The notes under the pieces were generated by a model, which was not told the origin of the DNA, searched no databases, and was given only the letters and a program-made list of their open reading frames with translations. From NCBI GenBank assembly GCA_017447805.1, contig JAFSMR010000046.1:14072-78071 (forward strand): a stretch of 64,000 nt of DNA, in the 5' to 3' direction. Source of the DNA: Kiritimatiellia bacterium. Its GTDB lineage: Bacteria; Verrucomicrobiota; Kiritimatiellia; RFP12; UBA1067. Positions 1 to 9,848 of the stretch are shown here, piece after piece (position 1 is the first letter of the stretch; every line of letters starts with the position of its first letter). The position numbers were made by a program, and so were the translations under genes.

Positions 1-39
1 GATACGAAAGTAACGGAAATCTAGGATGTTGTGTCGGCG

Positions 40-1848
40 CTAGTCTTTAATCGTGCCTTTCAAGACGGCGATAAAGGCAGATTGCGGCACATTCACATGG
101 CCGAATTCTTTCATTCTCGCTTTGCCGCGTTTCTGCTTCTCGAGGACTTTCATCTTTCGGGTCACATCGCCGCCATAGAGCTTCGCAAGCACATCTTTGC
201 GGAATGGACGAATATCTTCGCGCGCGATAATTTCCTTGCCGATTGCCGCTTGCACGGGGATCTTGAATTGATGAGGCGGAATAGTATCTGCCAGCGCCTT
301 GCACATCTGAATTCCGCGTGCGCGCGCTTTGGAACGATGCACCATCGTAGCAAAAGCATCGACTGTCTCGCCATTTAGAAGAATATCCATCTTCACGATA
401 TCGGAAATTTGATATCCGGCGTTTTCGTAGTCCATCGAGGCGTAGCCATGAGAGACCGATTTCAAGGTATCGTGGAAATCAATCAAAATCTCATTCAGCG
501 GCATAAGGCAATGTAGCATTACACGCTTTGAATCGATAGTCTCTGTTCCTTCGACTGTGCCGCGGCGGTCCATGACGATTCTCATTACATCGCCAATAGA
601 TTCCGATGGAGTAATGATTCTAGCCTTGAGCATTGGCTCGGCAATCGTCTCAAGCGCCGAAGGGTCGGGCATTTGCAAGGGGTTGTCGAGATTCTTTTCG
701 GTGCCATCCTTCAGCTTCAGCTTATAGACGACGCCGGGGCTCGTCGATATGATATCTAGGGCAAATTCGCGCCTCAAGCGCTCCTGCACGATTTCCATGT
801 GCAAAAGCCCGAGAAAGCCACAGCGGAAGCCAAAGCCAAGCGCAAGCGAAGATTCGTGGTGGAAAGTGAATGCGGAATCATTGAGGTGCAGCTTTTCAAG
901 CCCTTGCGCGACTTTCGGGAATTCATCGGTCGACATCGGATAAATTCCGCAAAACACGCTAGGGTGAATATCTCTAAAGCCCGGGAGCGGCTCGGTCGCG
1001 CCGAGTTTGGTTGTTGTTACAGTATCGCCGATTTTGATTTCGCTAGGGTCTTTTACGGTGCCGACGAGGTAGCCGACCTGTCCAGCCTCAAGGCTCGCGA
1101 CGGGCTTTTTGCCGGGCGAGAAAATGCCGACTTCATGGACGGTTGTCGTAACGCCGCTTGCCATAAACTGAACACTTTGCCCAGCCTTGACAGACCCATC
1201 CATTACTCTTACATAAGTAATAACGCCGCGAAATTCATCGAATACCGAATCGAATACGAGCGCTCTCAAAGGCGCGTCTATCCCAGCCGTCTCGGGCGGC
1301 GGAATTCTTTTTACAATTGCCTCCAAAACTTCTTCGCACCCCATGCCGGTCTTTGCGGAGACGAGCAGAGGCTCATCCATAGGAATCGCGAGGATATCTT
1401 CGATTTCCCTCGAAACTTCCTTGACATCTGCGCCCGGCAAATCGACTTTGTTCAATACCGGCACGATTTCGAGCTGGGCATCTTGCGCGAAATAAGTATT
1501 TGCGACAGTCTGCGCCTCGACGCCCTGCGCGGCATCGACGACCAAAAGCGCCCCTTCGCACGCCCCCATCGAGCGCGAAACTTCGTATGCGAAGTCTACA
1601 TGGCCGGGGGTATCCAGAAGATTAAACAAATATTCCTTGCCATCCTTGGCGAGATATTTCATCGACACAGGATGGCTTTTTATCGTAATACCCCTCTCTC
1701 TTTCAAGGTCCATCGCGTCAAGAGTCTGCTCCTTGAGCTCGCGCGCAGAAATTGCGTGGGTAAGCTCGAGAATACGATCCGAGAGAGTAGTCTTGCCGTG
1801 ATCTACGTGTGCAATTATGCAGAAATTTCTGATTGTATCGAGGGTCAT
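40..1848 (-). CDS. lepA: Elongation factor 4 (LepA)
   Basis: IRNFCIIAHVDHGKTT, ERERGITIK, DTPGHVDF, NKVD, GFRCGFLGLLH, KLYGGDVTRK; 602 aa. Confidence 0.98.
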   Translation of the reverse strand: MTLDTIRNFCIIAHVDHGKTTLSDRILELTHAISARELKEQTLDAMDLERERGITIKSHPVSMKYLAKDGKEYLFNLLDTPGHVDFAYEVSRSMGACEGALLVVDAAQGVEAQTVANTYFAQDAQLEIVPVLNKVDLPGADVKEVSREIEDILAIPMDEPLLVSAKTGMGCEEVLEAIVKRIPPPETAGIDAPLRALVFDSVFDEFRGVITYVRVMDGSVKAGQSVQFMASGVTTTVHEVGIFSPGKKPVASLEAGQVGYLVGTVKDPSEIKIGDTVTTTKLGATEPLPGFRDIHPSVFCGIYPMSTDEFPKVAQGLEKLHLNDSAFTFHHESSLALGFGFRCGFLGLLHMEIVQERLRREFALDIISTSPGVVYKLKLKDGTEKNLDNPLQMPDPSALETIAEPMLKARIITPSESIGDVMRIVMDRRGTVEGTETIDSKRVMLHCLMPLNEILIDFHDTLKSVSHGYASMDYENAGYQISDIVKMDILLNGETVDAFATMVHRSKARARGIQMCKALADTIPPHQFKIPVQAAIGKEIIAREDIRPFRKDVLAKLYGGDVTRKMKVLEKQKRGKARMKEFGHVNVPQSAFIAVLKGTIKD

Positions 1849-1870
1849 TGCGAAATCAAGGAATCTTTCT

Positions 1871-2695
1871 TTATTTTACTATCGAATTATCGATAAGACG
1901 TGTTTTGCCTGCGAAAGCCGCGACGAGAATCGCGTCGCCCTTCTTGATTTTCGCGCTTCTAACCAAAGTCGCGCCATCGACACATTCGAAATAGTCGATT
2001 TTCAAACCCGCCTTTTCGATTTTTGCGATGCATTTTTTGGAAATGACGGCTGTTTTATCGCCCGCCTTCGGCGTGCGCACGGCTTCAGATAGGACTAGCG
2101 CCTTTTTGCGCATATCTTCATCAAGATAAGTATTGCGCGAGCTCATTGCGAGACCCGATTTCTCGCGCACAATCGGCATTACGACGATTTCGAGGTCGAA
2201 ATTCAAATCGCGGACCATACGCTTGATTACCTGCGCCTGCTGATAATCTTTCTGCCCGAAGATTGCGATATCGCAATGCGAAAGATTGAATAGCTTCGCG
2301 ACTACTGTGCATACTCCGCGGAAATGCCCCGGACGCCGCGCGCCGCAGAGGCCTAGCGACAAATCTTCTTCGTTTATATAAACGGAATGGCGATCGAGAT
2401 ACATATTCTCTTTCGTCGGGAAGAATACTGCGCTGGCTCCCGCCTCGCGGCACTTCTTCCAATCGGCCTTTTCATCTCGCGGATATTTATCGTAATCTTC
2501 GTTAGGCCCGAACTGCACCGGATTCACAAATACCGAAACGACGACTATATCTGCACGTTTCTTCGCTTCGCGGATTAGCGAGAGGTGACCTTCATGGAGA
2601 TAGCCCATAGTTGGGACAAGGGCGATTTTATTGCCTTTTTTCTTCTGATTGGCGCACCATTTCTGAAGTATTGCGGGGTCGGTAAATTTCTTCAT
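1871..2695 (-). CDS. panC: Pantoate--beta-alanine ligase
   Basis: [45 protein letters not shown]; start reset to ATG 2695 overlapping the nfo stop (ATGA). Confidence 0.96.
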   Translation of the reverse strand: MKKFTDPAILQKWCANQKKKGNKIALVPTMGYLHEGHLSLIREAKKRADIVVVSVFVNPVQFGPNEDYDKYPRDEKADWKKCREAGASAVFFPTKENMYLDRHSVYINEEDLSLGLCGARRPGHFRGVCTVVAKLFNLSHCDIAIFGQKDYQQAQVIKRMVRDLNFDLEIVVMPIVREKSGLAMSSRNTYLDEDMRKKALVLSEAVRTPKAGDKTAVISKKCIAKIEKAGLKIDYFECVDGATLVRSAKIKKGDAILVAAFAGKTRLIDNSIVK

Positions 2696-3567
2696 TTTCT
2701 CAGTCCCTTCAAAAGTTCGATTTCTTCTTTGTAGCCTTGCAAGTCGCAAGGCGTTTCGAGATAAAACGGTTTATCGGCAAGTTTCGGATGGTTGATTATA
2801 CGCCCGATTGCCTCAAGGCCAATATGCCCCTTGCCGATTTTCGCATGGCGGTCTTTATGGGCGCCGAGGGTGTTCATCGAATCGTTTAGATGGATTGCCT
2901 TCAAGCGCTCTAAACCGATTACAGCGTTGAATTCATCCAATACTTTATCGAGCGCGCTCGCGATATCATAGCCGCCATCCCAAATGTGGCATGTATCGAG
3001 GCATACGCCGAGGGGAAATTTCGCGGCAATTTCCGGCACCGCTTTTTCGGTGCGCTCGATAATCTGCGCGACTTCCTCGAAATTGCGCCCGACCTCGCTG
3101 CCCTTGCCGGCCATCGTCTCGAGAAGAATGCCAGTCGAAACGCCGCCAAATTTTTCCACATGCTTTTCAAGAACTCTCGCGAGCATCGAAGCAATAAGTT
3201 CAATACCCGTCTCGGCGCCTTGCCCTACGTGGCTGCCGGGATGGAAATTGTAAAGCGCGCCGGGAGTTTCCTCTAGTCTCACCAAATCGTCAGCCATCGT
3301 CTTTTCGGCGAATTCGCGAACTCTCTCTTCGACGCCTGCCGCGTTTAGAGTATATGGCGCGTGCGCGAGAATCGGGCCTATGCCGTTTTTCTCGGCGAAG
3401 GCCTTGAATTCTTTCACATCCTCGCGGTCGATGGGCTTCGCCGCCCCGCCGCGCGGATTGCGCGTAAAGAATTGGAATACATTGGCGCCGATAGAACAGG
3501 CTGTCTGGGCCATAGCGAGATACCCGCCGCTTGCAGAAAGATGACAACCAATCTTAAATTCGCCCAT
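2692..3567 (-). CDS. nfo: Endonuclease IV (AP endonuclease)
   Basis: [51 protein letters not shown]; start reset to ATG 3567. Confidence 0.95.
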   Translation of the reverse strand: MGEFKIGCHLSASGGYLAMAQTACSIGANVFQFFTRNPRGGAAKPIDREDVKEFKAFAEKNGIGPILAHAPYTLNAAGVEERVREFAEKTMADDLVRLEETPGALYNFHPGSHVGQGAETGIELIASMLARVLEKHVEKFGGVSTGILLETMAGKGSEVGRNFEEVAQIIERTEKAVPEIAAKFPLGVCLDTCHIWDGGYDIASALDKVLDEFNAVIGLERLKAIHLNDSMNTLGAHKDRHAKIGKGHIGLEAIGRIINHPKLADKPFYLETPCDLQGYKEEIELLKGLRK

Positions 3568-3569
3568 TA

Positions 3570-4472
3570 TTATTCCTCGAGAGAACTTTGAATCGCCGTA
3601 AGAAGAGTATGCTCGGCGCCGGGCTCGATCGTAAAGCCTGCGTCGCGCCATAATGTCGCCGGCTCTACGCAGAGAAACTTCTTCCAATCGCCTTCTTCTT
3701 GATCGGCTAAACGCGTCTCGCGCCCAGGATTCCACACCACGAGCTTGCGGTTGCCGGCAGAAACAATCGCAATCGCCCGGCGCAATGTCGGGTCGAGAAG
3801 CGCGAATTCGTGCTTTGGCTCGTCCTTTAGCGTAATTACATGGTCGCTAGCTTCGGTAGCCGCAAAATCTCCCGCGAAAACTCCCTTCGACATATCACGC
3901 GCATCGATATATTCTAGACCACCTACGCCGCGAACAGTAACTTTTTCCCTATCGCCAACGAGGAAATACGGATGAAAACCTTCGGTAAGAAGGAATGGTT
4001 TATCACCGGTATTTTTCGTCCTGAGCGAAAGATTCAACTTCATCGAAACAGAAACCTTTAGCTCGAGATAGAAGTCGTAAGGCCAAATCTTTTTCGTCTC
4101 GTCGCTTGATTTCAACGCGAGAGTAATTTCGGTCATCTCGTCGGTATACTGCGTGCCGCGAACGGTGAACAGACTTAGGCGCGCAAAGCCGTGGGGCTTA
4201 GTGCCTTCTTCGCCAGACTTGCCGAACCAAGGCCAGCAAATCGGAATACCGCAATGCACGGAATCTGCGCGATTGTAGTCGCGCTTCGAAGTGCGATAGA
4301 TTACCGGCGGCTGACCAGTTGGTTTATAGGAAAGGATATTCCCGCCTAGAAGCGCAACTTGCGCAGAACCATATTTATTTACTAGCGCAACTTCCGGATA
4401 GCCGCAATGTCCTTCGCGGAATACAATTCTTTCCGGCGCACCAAATTTTCTATTCAGTTCTTCTATCGTCAT
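3570..4472 (-). CDS. D-hexose-6-phosphate mutarotase / aldose 1-epimerase family (YeaD-like)
   Basis: [32 protein letters not shown]. Confidence 0.88.
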   Translation of the reverse strand: MTIEELNRKFGAPERIVFREGHCGYPEVALVNKYGSAQVALLGGNILSYKPTGQPPVIYRTSKRDYNRADSVHCGIPICWPWFGKSGEEGTKPHGFARLSLFTVRGTQYTDEMTEITLALKSSDETKKIWPYDFYLELKVSVSMKLNLSLRTKNTGDKPFLLTEGFHPYFLVGDREKVTVRGVGGLEYIDARDMSKGVFAGDFAATEASDHVITLKDEPKHEFALLDPTLRRAIAIVSAGNRKLVVWNPGRETRLADQEEGDWKKFLCVEPATLWRDAGFTIEPGAEHTLLTAIQSSLEE

Positions 4473-4495
4473 ATCGTTTTTCCTTTCGTCTTTTC

Positions 4496-4523
4496 CGGCG
4501 GCCGCGGGGCGGCGCGCCCTACC
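4496..4523 (-). repeat. REP-like GTAG-led imperfect hairpin
   Basis: GGTAG-GGCG-C-GCCGC-CCC-GCGGC-CGCCG on minus strand; related copies at 8623-8651, 14068-14093 and 45140-45167. Confidence 0.6.
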
Positions 4524-4539
4524 GACTCATACCTTACCC

Positions 4540-4574
4540 CTAATTCCTAATTTCTAATTTCTAATTTCTAATTT
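4540..4574. repeat. Heptamer tandem repeat (CTAATTY)x5 at the ilvN 3' end
   Basis: ctaattc ctaattt ctaattt ctaattt ctaattt; supplies the ilvN stop codon. Confidence 0.85.
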
Positions 4575-4814
4575 TTTCCTCGACGTTACTTCGATTACAT
4601 TAACCTGATTGCGGAGCTGAAGGATAATCTGCTCGACAACTTTAGCCGTTCCTAAGACATCGATCTTCATACGCGAAACCGTGCCATCTTCGGTCGGCCC
4701 GACATTGAGGGTTTGGATATTATAACCGCGGCCGGAAATCAAGCCGACGATTCTCGCAAGAACGCCTGGCTTGTTTTCCACATAGCAATTCAGCCTATAT
4801 ATTTCTTCGTTCAT
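4554..4814 (-). CDS. ilvN: Acetolactate synthase small regulatory subunit, short ACT-only form
   Basis: ENKPGVLARIVGLISGRGYNIQTL; follows ilvB; ATG 4814 has GAGGTG 6 nt upstream (GTG 4823 is the alternative start). Confidence 0.88.
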   Translation of the reverse strand: MNEEIYRLNCYVENKPGVLARIVGLISGRGYNIQTLNVGPTEDGTVSRMKIDVLGTAKVVEQIILQLRNQVNVIEVTSRKKLEIRN

Positions 4815-4824
4815 TGGCGGCACC

Positions 4825-6558
4825 TCACTGAAAGACCATTTCGCTTACCGGCTTGCCGGCCGGAATCATCGGATAGACATTTGCCCGCGGCTCGACGATA
4901 ACTTCGACGAGCGAAGCCTTATCTGATTTTATCGCTTTGGCTATAACCGAATCGAGCTTCGCCGGGTCGATTACGCGATAAGCCTCGGCGCCATGGGCTT
5001 CGGCCATCTTCACGAAATCAGGCAAATAATCATATTTCAAATCTTGCTCGAGATGCTCGTTTGCCGGCCGCCCTTTTACGGTAAGGATGGAGCCAGAGTA
5101 GTTTTTCGAATAGAAAAGCTCTTGCCACTGGCGAACCATTCCAAGGCATCCATTGTTGATTATGACGAATGTAACTGGGAGTTTATGCTCTACCGCAACG
5201 ACCAATTCCTCGAATGTCATCTGCGCGCCGCCATCGCCGCAAATCGCGACCGTTGTATGGTCAGGCCGCGCGAAGGCCGCGCCAATCGCCGCCGGAATTC
5301 CAAAGCCCATAGTCCCCATTCCGCCGGATGTGAGGAAGTGGCGTGGAATAGAATAGCGGAAATGCTGTGCCGCCCACATCTGGTGCTGCCCGACATCCGT
5401 AACGATTACCGCATGCCCCTTCGTGGCTTTATCAACGGCTTCCATTACCGCCTGCGGCATGATTACATTCGGGTGCATCTGCTTCCACGAGACGGGATGA
5501 CTCTTCTTCCAACCATCGATTTTCTCGATCCACTCCGGATGCGAAGCTTTCTTTACGCGCGAGCCGACCGTGGTCAGGACATCCTTGACATCCGCAACAA
5601 TTCCAAGCGTCGCGGCTACATTCTTGCCGATTGAAGCCGGGTCGCAATCGACATGCACAATCTTCGCCTTTGGCGCATATTTCGAAATCTTGCCGGTAAC
5701 GCGATCTGAAAATCTAACGCCAAGCGCAATTATTAGGTCTGCCTCATTCATCGCCCAGTTCGCCGCCGGCGTCCCGTGCATGCCGGCCATCCTTAGGGAG
5801 AGCGGGTCGTGCTCGTCAAAACTACCAAGCCCCATTAGCGTAGTAGCTACAGGAATCCCAGCCTTATGAGCGAGCGCGGCGACATCATCCGCGGCGCCGG
5901 AAGCGATTACTCCGCCGCCGGCATATATTACCGGCCTTTCGGCCTCGTTTATCAGCTTCGCCAGCCTCGTCAGCTGGCTTGCCGTCGCCGCAGATTCCGG
6001 GTGGTATGCCCTCAAGGATACGCGCTCTGGATACTGCGCCTTGGTCAACGCCTGCTGGCAATTCTTCGGTATATCGATTACTACGGGGCCCGGCTTGCCG
6101 TGGGTCGCGATATAAAACGCCTGCGCTACGATTTCAGGAATTTCATCTGCCGAATGCACGAGGAAGTTGTGCTTTGATACCGCCCTCGTTACGCCTGTAG
6201 TATCAGCTTCCTGAAAGGCATCGGTGCCAATGAGCGACATCGGAACCTGTCCAGTGATTACAATCAGCGGAATGCCATCGATATTCGCGGTCGCCAGCCC
6301 CGTTACCGTGTTGGTCGCGCCCGGGCCGCTCGTCACCAAGCATACGCCTGGCTTGCCTGTAGAGCGAGCATACCCATCTGCCATGTGCACGCACCCTTGC
6401 TCGTGGCGTCCAAGCACAAACGAAAATTTCGCATCTGTAATGCAGTTGAAGATATCCAGGGCTTGCCCGCCCGGATACCCGAAAAGCACATCCACGCCCG
6501 CCTTTTCCAGCGACTCTACCAAGGCACGGGCGCCTGTTCTTTCTTTGCAGTAATTCAT
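4825..6558 (-). CDS. ilvB: Acetolactate synthase large subunit
   Basis: FGYPGG, RHEQG, TSGPGATN, DAFQE, DVGQHQMW, GDGG..NNGCLGMVRQWQ. Confidence 0.97.
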   Translation of the reverse strand: MNYCKERTGARALVESLEKAGVDVLFGYPGGQALDIFNCITDAKFSFVLGRHEQGCVHMADGYARSTGKPGVCLVTSGPGATNTVTGLATANIDGIPLIVITGQVPMSLIGTDAFQEADTTGVTRAVSKHNFLVHSADEIPEIVAQAFYIATHGKPGPVVIDIPKNCQQALTKAQYPERVSLRAYHPESAATASQLTRLAKLINEAERPVIYAGGGVIASGAADDVAALAHKAGIPVATTLMGLGSFDEHDPLSLRMAGMHGTPAANWAMNEADLIIALGVRFSDRVTGKISKYAPKAKIVHVDCDPASIGKNVAATLGIVADVKDVLTTVGSRVKKASHPEWIEKIDGWKKSHPVSWKQMHPNVIMPQAVMEAVDKATKGHAVIVTDVGQHQMWAAQHFRYSIPRHFLTSGGMGTMGFGIPAAIGAAFARPDHTTVAICGDGGAQMTFEELVVAVEHKLPVTFVIINNGCLGMVRQWQELFYSKNYSGSILTVKGRPANEHLEQDLKYDYLPDFVKMAEAHGAEAYRVIDPAKLDSVIAKAIKSDKASLVEVIVEPRANVYPMIPAGKPVSEMVFQ

Positions 6559-6567
6559 GATTCGCGT

Positions 6568-6576
6568 ATTATACCA
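6568..6576 (-). promoter_or_regulatory. Extended -10 promoter of ilvB (near-leaderless)
   Basis: TGGTATAAT ending 9 nt before the ATG; no SD between. Confidence 0.65.
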
Positions 6577-6614
6577 AAATTTGCCGTTTTTCGCTAGGGT
6601 ATTAGGCTAAATTT

Positions 6615-7763
6615 CTATACTTCTTCATACGCCCCCAAGAAGGTGAAATGCTCGATTGCAGGGTCGTCGGCAAGCTCGCCGATTAACCTCAAGACCGATT
6701 CATCGCCGGGAATCGCCTCGAAATCGAATGTGAAGCGGAATTCGAAATCCATGCCGGGGATTGGACGCGACTCGAGTTTCGTCAAGTTTACCCCAATTGA
6801 AGCAAATCGCGCAATTACATCGCTCAATGTGCCTGGCTGGTGCGCGAGGCTCATCATTACGGAAAATTTGCGCGCTCCGGGATATATCTGCGGCGTCTTC
6901 GAGATAAGTATGAATCGCGTATAGTTGAACGCCGCATCGGTTATGTTTTCCGCTAAGATTTCGAGTCCATATAGCTCTGCGCACCTGCGCGAGGCGATTA
7001 CCGCGCGCGCGCTATCTGCGCTTTGCGCCAAGTCTTTGGCCGCGACTGCCGTGTTTGTGCTCGGTATTTCGCGCACTTGAGGGTTTTTCTTCAGGAACTG
7101 ACTGCACTGCGCGAGCGCGTGGGGGTGGCTGGCGATTTCCTTGATATCCTCAAGCTTTGCGCCGCGCACGCCTAATAGCACATGGTCGACCTTAAGCCTA
7201 AGCGCCTTTACGATGTGGAACGAATGCTTATCCATCAAATCGTAGACTGATGCGACCGACCCCGCCGCAGAATTTTCTATCGGCAATATCCCATACGGGC
7301 ACAGCCCCTTTTCAACCGCATCGAACACTTTATCGAATGAACGGAAATACATTATCGTAGGAACCGTGAACAAAAGCGAGCACGCCTGCTGGGCATAGCC
7401 GCCCTCTACGCCGGGACACGCCACCACGCCTCTTGTCGGGAAAACCCCGCTCGTTTCTTTGCACGCCTGCCGGATTTTCGTGACCAGCGCATTCTCGCCT
7501 TGCAGAATCTTCCTTTGGCGCGCGCGCGAAATTCCGAACAGAGTCGAGAAAAGCCTCATCGCGCCATTTTCATATTCCGGCCCAACGAAATCCGCCACCT
7601 TGGAAAGTATCGCCCTTTCCCTCGCAGGGTCGAACACAGGCGAATTCGTAGCGGCCTTCGCCGCTGCTACGCGCTCTACGATTTCGAGACGCTCCTTGTA
7701 TAGCTTGGCGAGCGATTCGTCAATCGCGTCAATCTTTGCTCTTATATCTTTTAGTTCTTCCAT
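6615..7763 (-). CDS. pheA: Bifunctional chorismate mutase / prephenate dehydratase
   Basis: N-terminal CM (IRAKIDAIDE, DPARE), LPIENS, SHPHALAQC, YTRF, ACT domain NLTKLESRP. Confidence 0.94.
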   Translation of the reverse strand: MEELKDIRAKIDAIDESLAKLYKERLEIVERVAAAKAATNSPVFDPARERAILSKVADFVGPEYENGAMRLFSTLFGISRARQRKILQGENALVTKIRQACKETSGVFPTRGVVACPGVEGGYAQQACSLLFTVPTIMYFRSFDKVFDAVEKGLCPYGILPIENSAAGSVASVYDLMDKHSFHIVKALRLKVDHVLLGVRGAKLEDIKEIASHPHALAQCSQFLKKNPQVREIPSTNTAVAAKDLAQSADSARAVIASRRCAELYGLEILAENITDAAFNYTRFILISKTPQIYPGARKFSVMMSLAHQPGTLSDVIARFASIGVNLTKLESRPIPGMDFEFRFTFDFEAIPGDESVLRLIGELADDPAIEHFTFLGAYEEV

Positions 7764-7770
7764 ACTACTT

Positions 7771-7800
7771 AAAAACCCTCGCCTTTCTTTTGGCGGGGGT
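7771..7800 (-). terminator. Attenuator terminator hairpin upstream of pheA
   Basis: ACCCCCGCC-AAAAGAAA-GGCGAGGGT-TTTT (9-bp stem, one mismatch, U tract). Confidence 0.75.
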
Positions 7801-7832
7801 CCTTCCTTTTATTAGTTCATCAGATTTTCATC

Positions 7833-7916
7833 TCACAAGGAAAACGCCGCCGCCTTACGATCGACAAAGACCGTAAATACGAATCCGACGAAATAGCTAT
7901 ATTGCTTAACCATCAT
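7833..7916 (-). CDS. Phe/Tyr-rich leader peptide (pheL-like), MMVKQYSYFVGFVFTVFVDRKAAAFSL
   Basis: 27-aa ORF read by hand with 5 Phe and 2 Tyr, between a consensus promoter and the terminator before pheA. Confidence 0.8.
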   Translation of the reverse strand: MMVKQYSYFVGFVFTVFVDRKAAAFSL

Positions 7917-7938
7917 ACTTTCCCTGCAAGTGCCGCAT

Positions 7939-7968
7939 ATTATAGCATTTTCTCCGTCCTCTTGTCAA
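7939..7968 (-). promoter_or_regulatory. Sigma70-type promoter of the leader-pheA unit
   Basis: TTGACA (7968-7963), 18 nt spacer, TGC-TATAAT (7944-7939). Confidence 0.85.
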
Positions 7969-8020
7969 CTGCCGGACGCGACAAGCGCCCCGCTGAAAAC
8001 TTTCATCCTTCAAACAACAT

Positions 8021-8052
8021 AAAAAAGCGGCGAAGCTGCTAGTAGCTCGCTA
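8021..8052 (-). terminator. Possible intrinsic terminator
   Basis: GCGAGCT-ACTAGC-AGCTTCGC hairpin followed by CGCTTTTTT on minus strand. Confidence 0.35.
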
Positions 8053-8438
8053 ATTTATCAGAAAAATACCGCCGCGCGCCCCGCGCTGGGGAGGGGGAGG
8101 GGGATTTTGCTTTCTCTTCTTCTCTCTTTGCTACTTTCTCTCTCTTCTCTTTCATTTGCATTGCTGTTTATGGGTACAATTCGCCTTACTTGCCCTATTG
8201 CTCAGGGTTGATTATATTTTGGTCTTCTTCTACAGCTGCTCGAGGAACAATGAAAAAGGGGCGCTCAAATATCAATGGCCCTCTATATCACAAGCACAGA
8301 TTTTTTGAAAATCTCAGAAAATTCGACTCAAAAACGATACACCGGATATCGATTTCACCCCTGATTTTATTGGCTAAAATAACTTTTTTCATTTTTTTTG
8401 CGTGTGAAGATTATGGCTCTCTAGCGCCTCCTCTAGCC

Positions 8439-8623
8439 CCGCCACTTTTGTGGCGATGCTTTCGCGCGGCTGCGCAACCTCCGCCACTTTTCTGGCGAGA
8501 CTTTCGCGCTACTGCGCAACCTCCGCCACTTTTGTGGCGAGACTTTCGCGCGTCTGCGCAACCTCCGCCACTTTTCTGGCGATGCTTTCGCGCGTCTGCG
8601 CAACCTCCGCCACTTTTGTGGCG
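8439..8623. repeat. 42-bp tandem repeat (4 full units plus a partial) with 16-bp palindromic core CGCCACTTTT(G/C)TGGCG
   Basis: Unit starts at 8439, 8481, 8523, 8565, 8607. Confidence 0.93.
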
Positions 8624-8651
8624 GCGGCGGTCACGGGGTGAGCGCCCTACC
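8623..8651 (-). repeat. REP-like GTAG-led imperfect hairpin
   Basis: GGTAG-GGCG-C-TCAC-CCC-GTGA-C-CGCCG, abutting the 42-bp array. Confidence 0.6.
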
Positions 8652-8665
8652 GCGGCGGCGAGGGG

Positions 8666-9832
8666 TTAATCAAACATCAGGAAGAGAGGGAGACTCCAAT
8701 TTTGCTTTTCCTTGAAATCTTTCAGTTCGTCCATTTTGTTAAGCTCTTCGTTGAGCTCGTCTATTTGCTCTGCTTGAAGGCGGATTATCGTAAATTCACG
8801 AAGCTTTTCCTTTACCTGCTCGTTGCGAAGGGTTCTTTTTTCCATTGCGCGGCAATTCTTGCACCAAGTAGCCCAGCAATCCACGAGCACTGGTTTCTTT
8901 TGTGCTTTAGCGAAGGCAAGAGCACGAGAAAGCGTCTTTGGAGTGACAGATTCGCCATTTTCGAAAACTACCGCCATAGCGCCGGTATTTTCATCTTCGG
9001 CTAATTTGAATGCGGCATCTTGAAGCTCTGCTTCAACAGCCTTTCTGTGGGCGCGGATAGAAAATCCGTCGTATGCCAGATACGCATACCACGCGGCAAA
9101 GCCAAGTACAATTATACCGAATAGAACATTCACTTTCTTCATCCAAGCGCCGGGCTTAGGCAAAACCTGCATACCCGCGCCGGCAAATGGCCAAGGCAAA
9201 GCCATTCCTAGGCTGAAAACGAAAGGCAGAAGAATCGCCGCCTTGTTGCCTTGTGCTGAAAGCGCCGCGGTCAAATTCAATACCGCAAGAAGCATAGGCG
9301 CAACACAAGCCCCCGCGAGCACGGCAGATACTACACCCATAAATAGCGCGAACAAGCCTGGTAGCATCTTGGATTTTAGCGCCACAACGCCGCTGCGCCT
9401 TCCTGAAAAATCGATAAAGAATACATCGAATAACGATAGCGCCAGTGCAATAAAAATCACCGCCATCGTAATATTGAACCAGGGGTTGCCTTGAATCGCG
9501 CCAAAGGCCATGCCGCCGAATACCGCGAGAAGACCAAGGACCCCGTAGGCTATGGCGATTCCTAGACCATACAAAAGGCCTCTCGTGAATGATTTGCCGA
9601 TAATCATAAGATTAATCGGCGCCATAGGCAAAACACAAGGCGTCAAATTCATCAAAAAACCGCTTGCAAAAATCAACGCGAGCATGCCTAGAAGCGACAT
9701 TCCGGCAAAGGGATTTGATTGCGCCGCTTGCGCGATCTGTTCGCTTGCGCCAGACCCGGCGAGCGAGAGGAAGCCGAGAAATTTCTCTACTCCCGTCATG
9801 CCTTCCCAATAATATGCAGCTGCAAAAAACAT
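8666..9832 (-). CDS. DsbD/CcdA-like thiol:disulfide interchange membrane protein with C-terminal thioredoxin domain
   Basis: LTPCVLPM and AGACVAP membrane cysteines, LPKPGAWM, WATWCKNC. Confidence 0.88.
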   Translation of the reverse strand: MFFAAAYYWEGMTGVEKFLGFLSLAGSGASEQIAQAAQSNPFAGMSLLGMLALIFASGFLMNLTPCVLPMAPINLMIIGKSFTRGLLYGLGIAIAYGVLGLLAVFGGMAFGAIQGNPWFNITMAVIFIALALSLFDVFFIDFSGRRSGVVALKSKMLPGLFALFMGVVSAVLAGACVAPMLLAVLNLTAALSAQGNKAAILLPFVFSLGMALPWPFAGAGMQVLPKPGAWMKKVNVLFGIIVLGFAAWYAYLAYDGFSIRAHRKAVEAELQDAAFKLAEDENTGAMAVVFENGESVTPKTLSRALAFAKAQKKPVLVDCWATWCKNCRAMEKRTLRNEQVKEKLREFTIIRLQAEQIDELNEELNKMDELKDFKEKQNWSLPLFLMFD

Positions 9833-9848
9833 TTTTCTCTCTCCTATT

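Noticed and set aside
799-1896. 365-aa plus-strand ORF
   Set aside because: Antisense shadow of lepA with no recognisable motifs.
7980-8438. oriC or dif site
   Set aside because: I found no TTATCCACA-type DnaA boxes or dif-like sequence by eye.
8439-8623. CRISPR array (AT-rich leader plus palindromic repeats)
   Set aside because: Inter-palindrome segments are near-identical rather than unique spacers, the period is only 42 bp, and no cas genes are in the window.
8190-8669. 159-aa plus-strand ORF with PPL(L/F)WR repeats
   Set aside because: It stays open because the 42-bp repeat is a multiple of three; TTG start, no RBS and no protein-like N-terminus.
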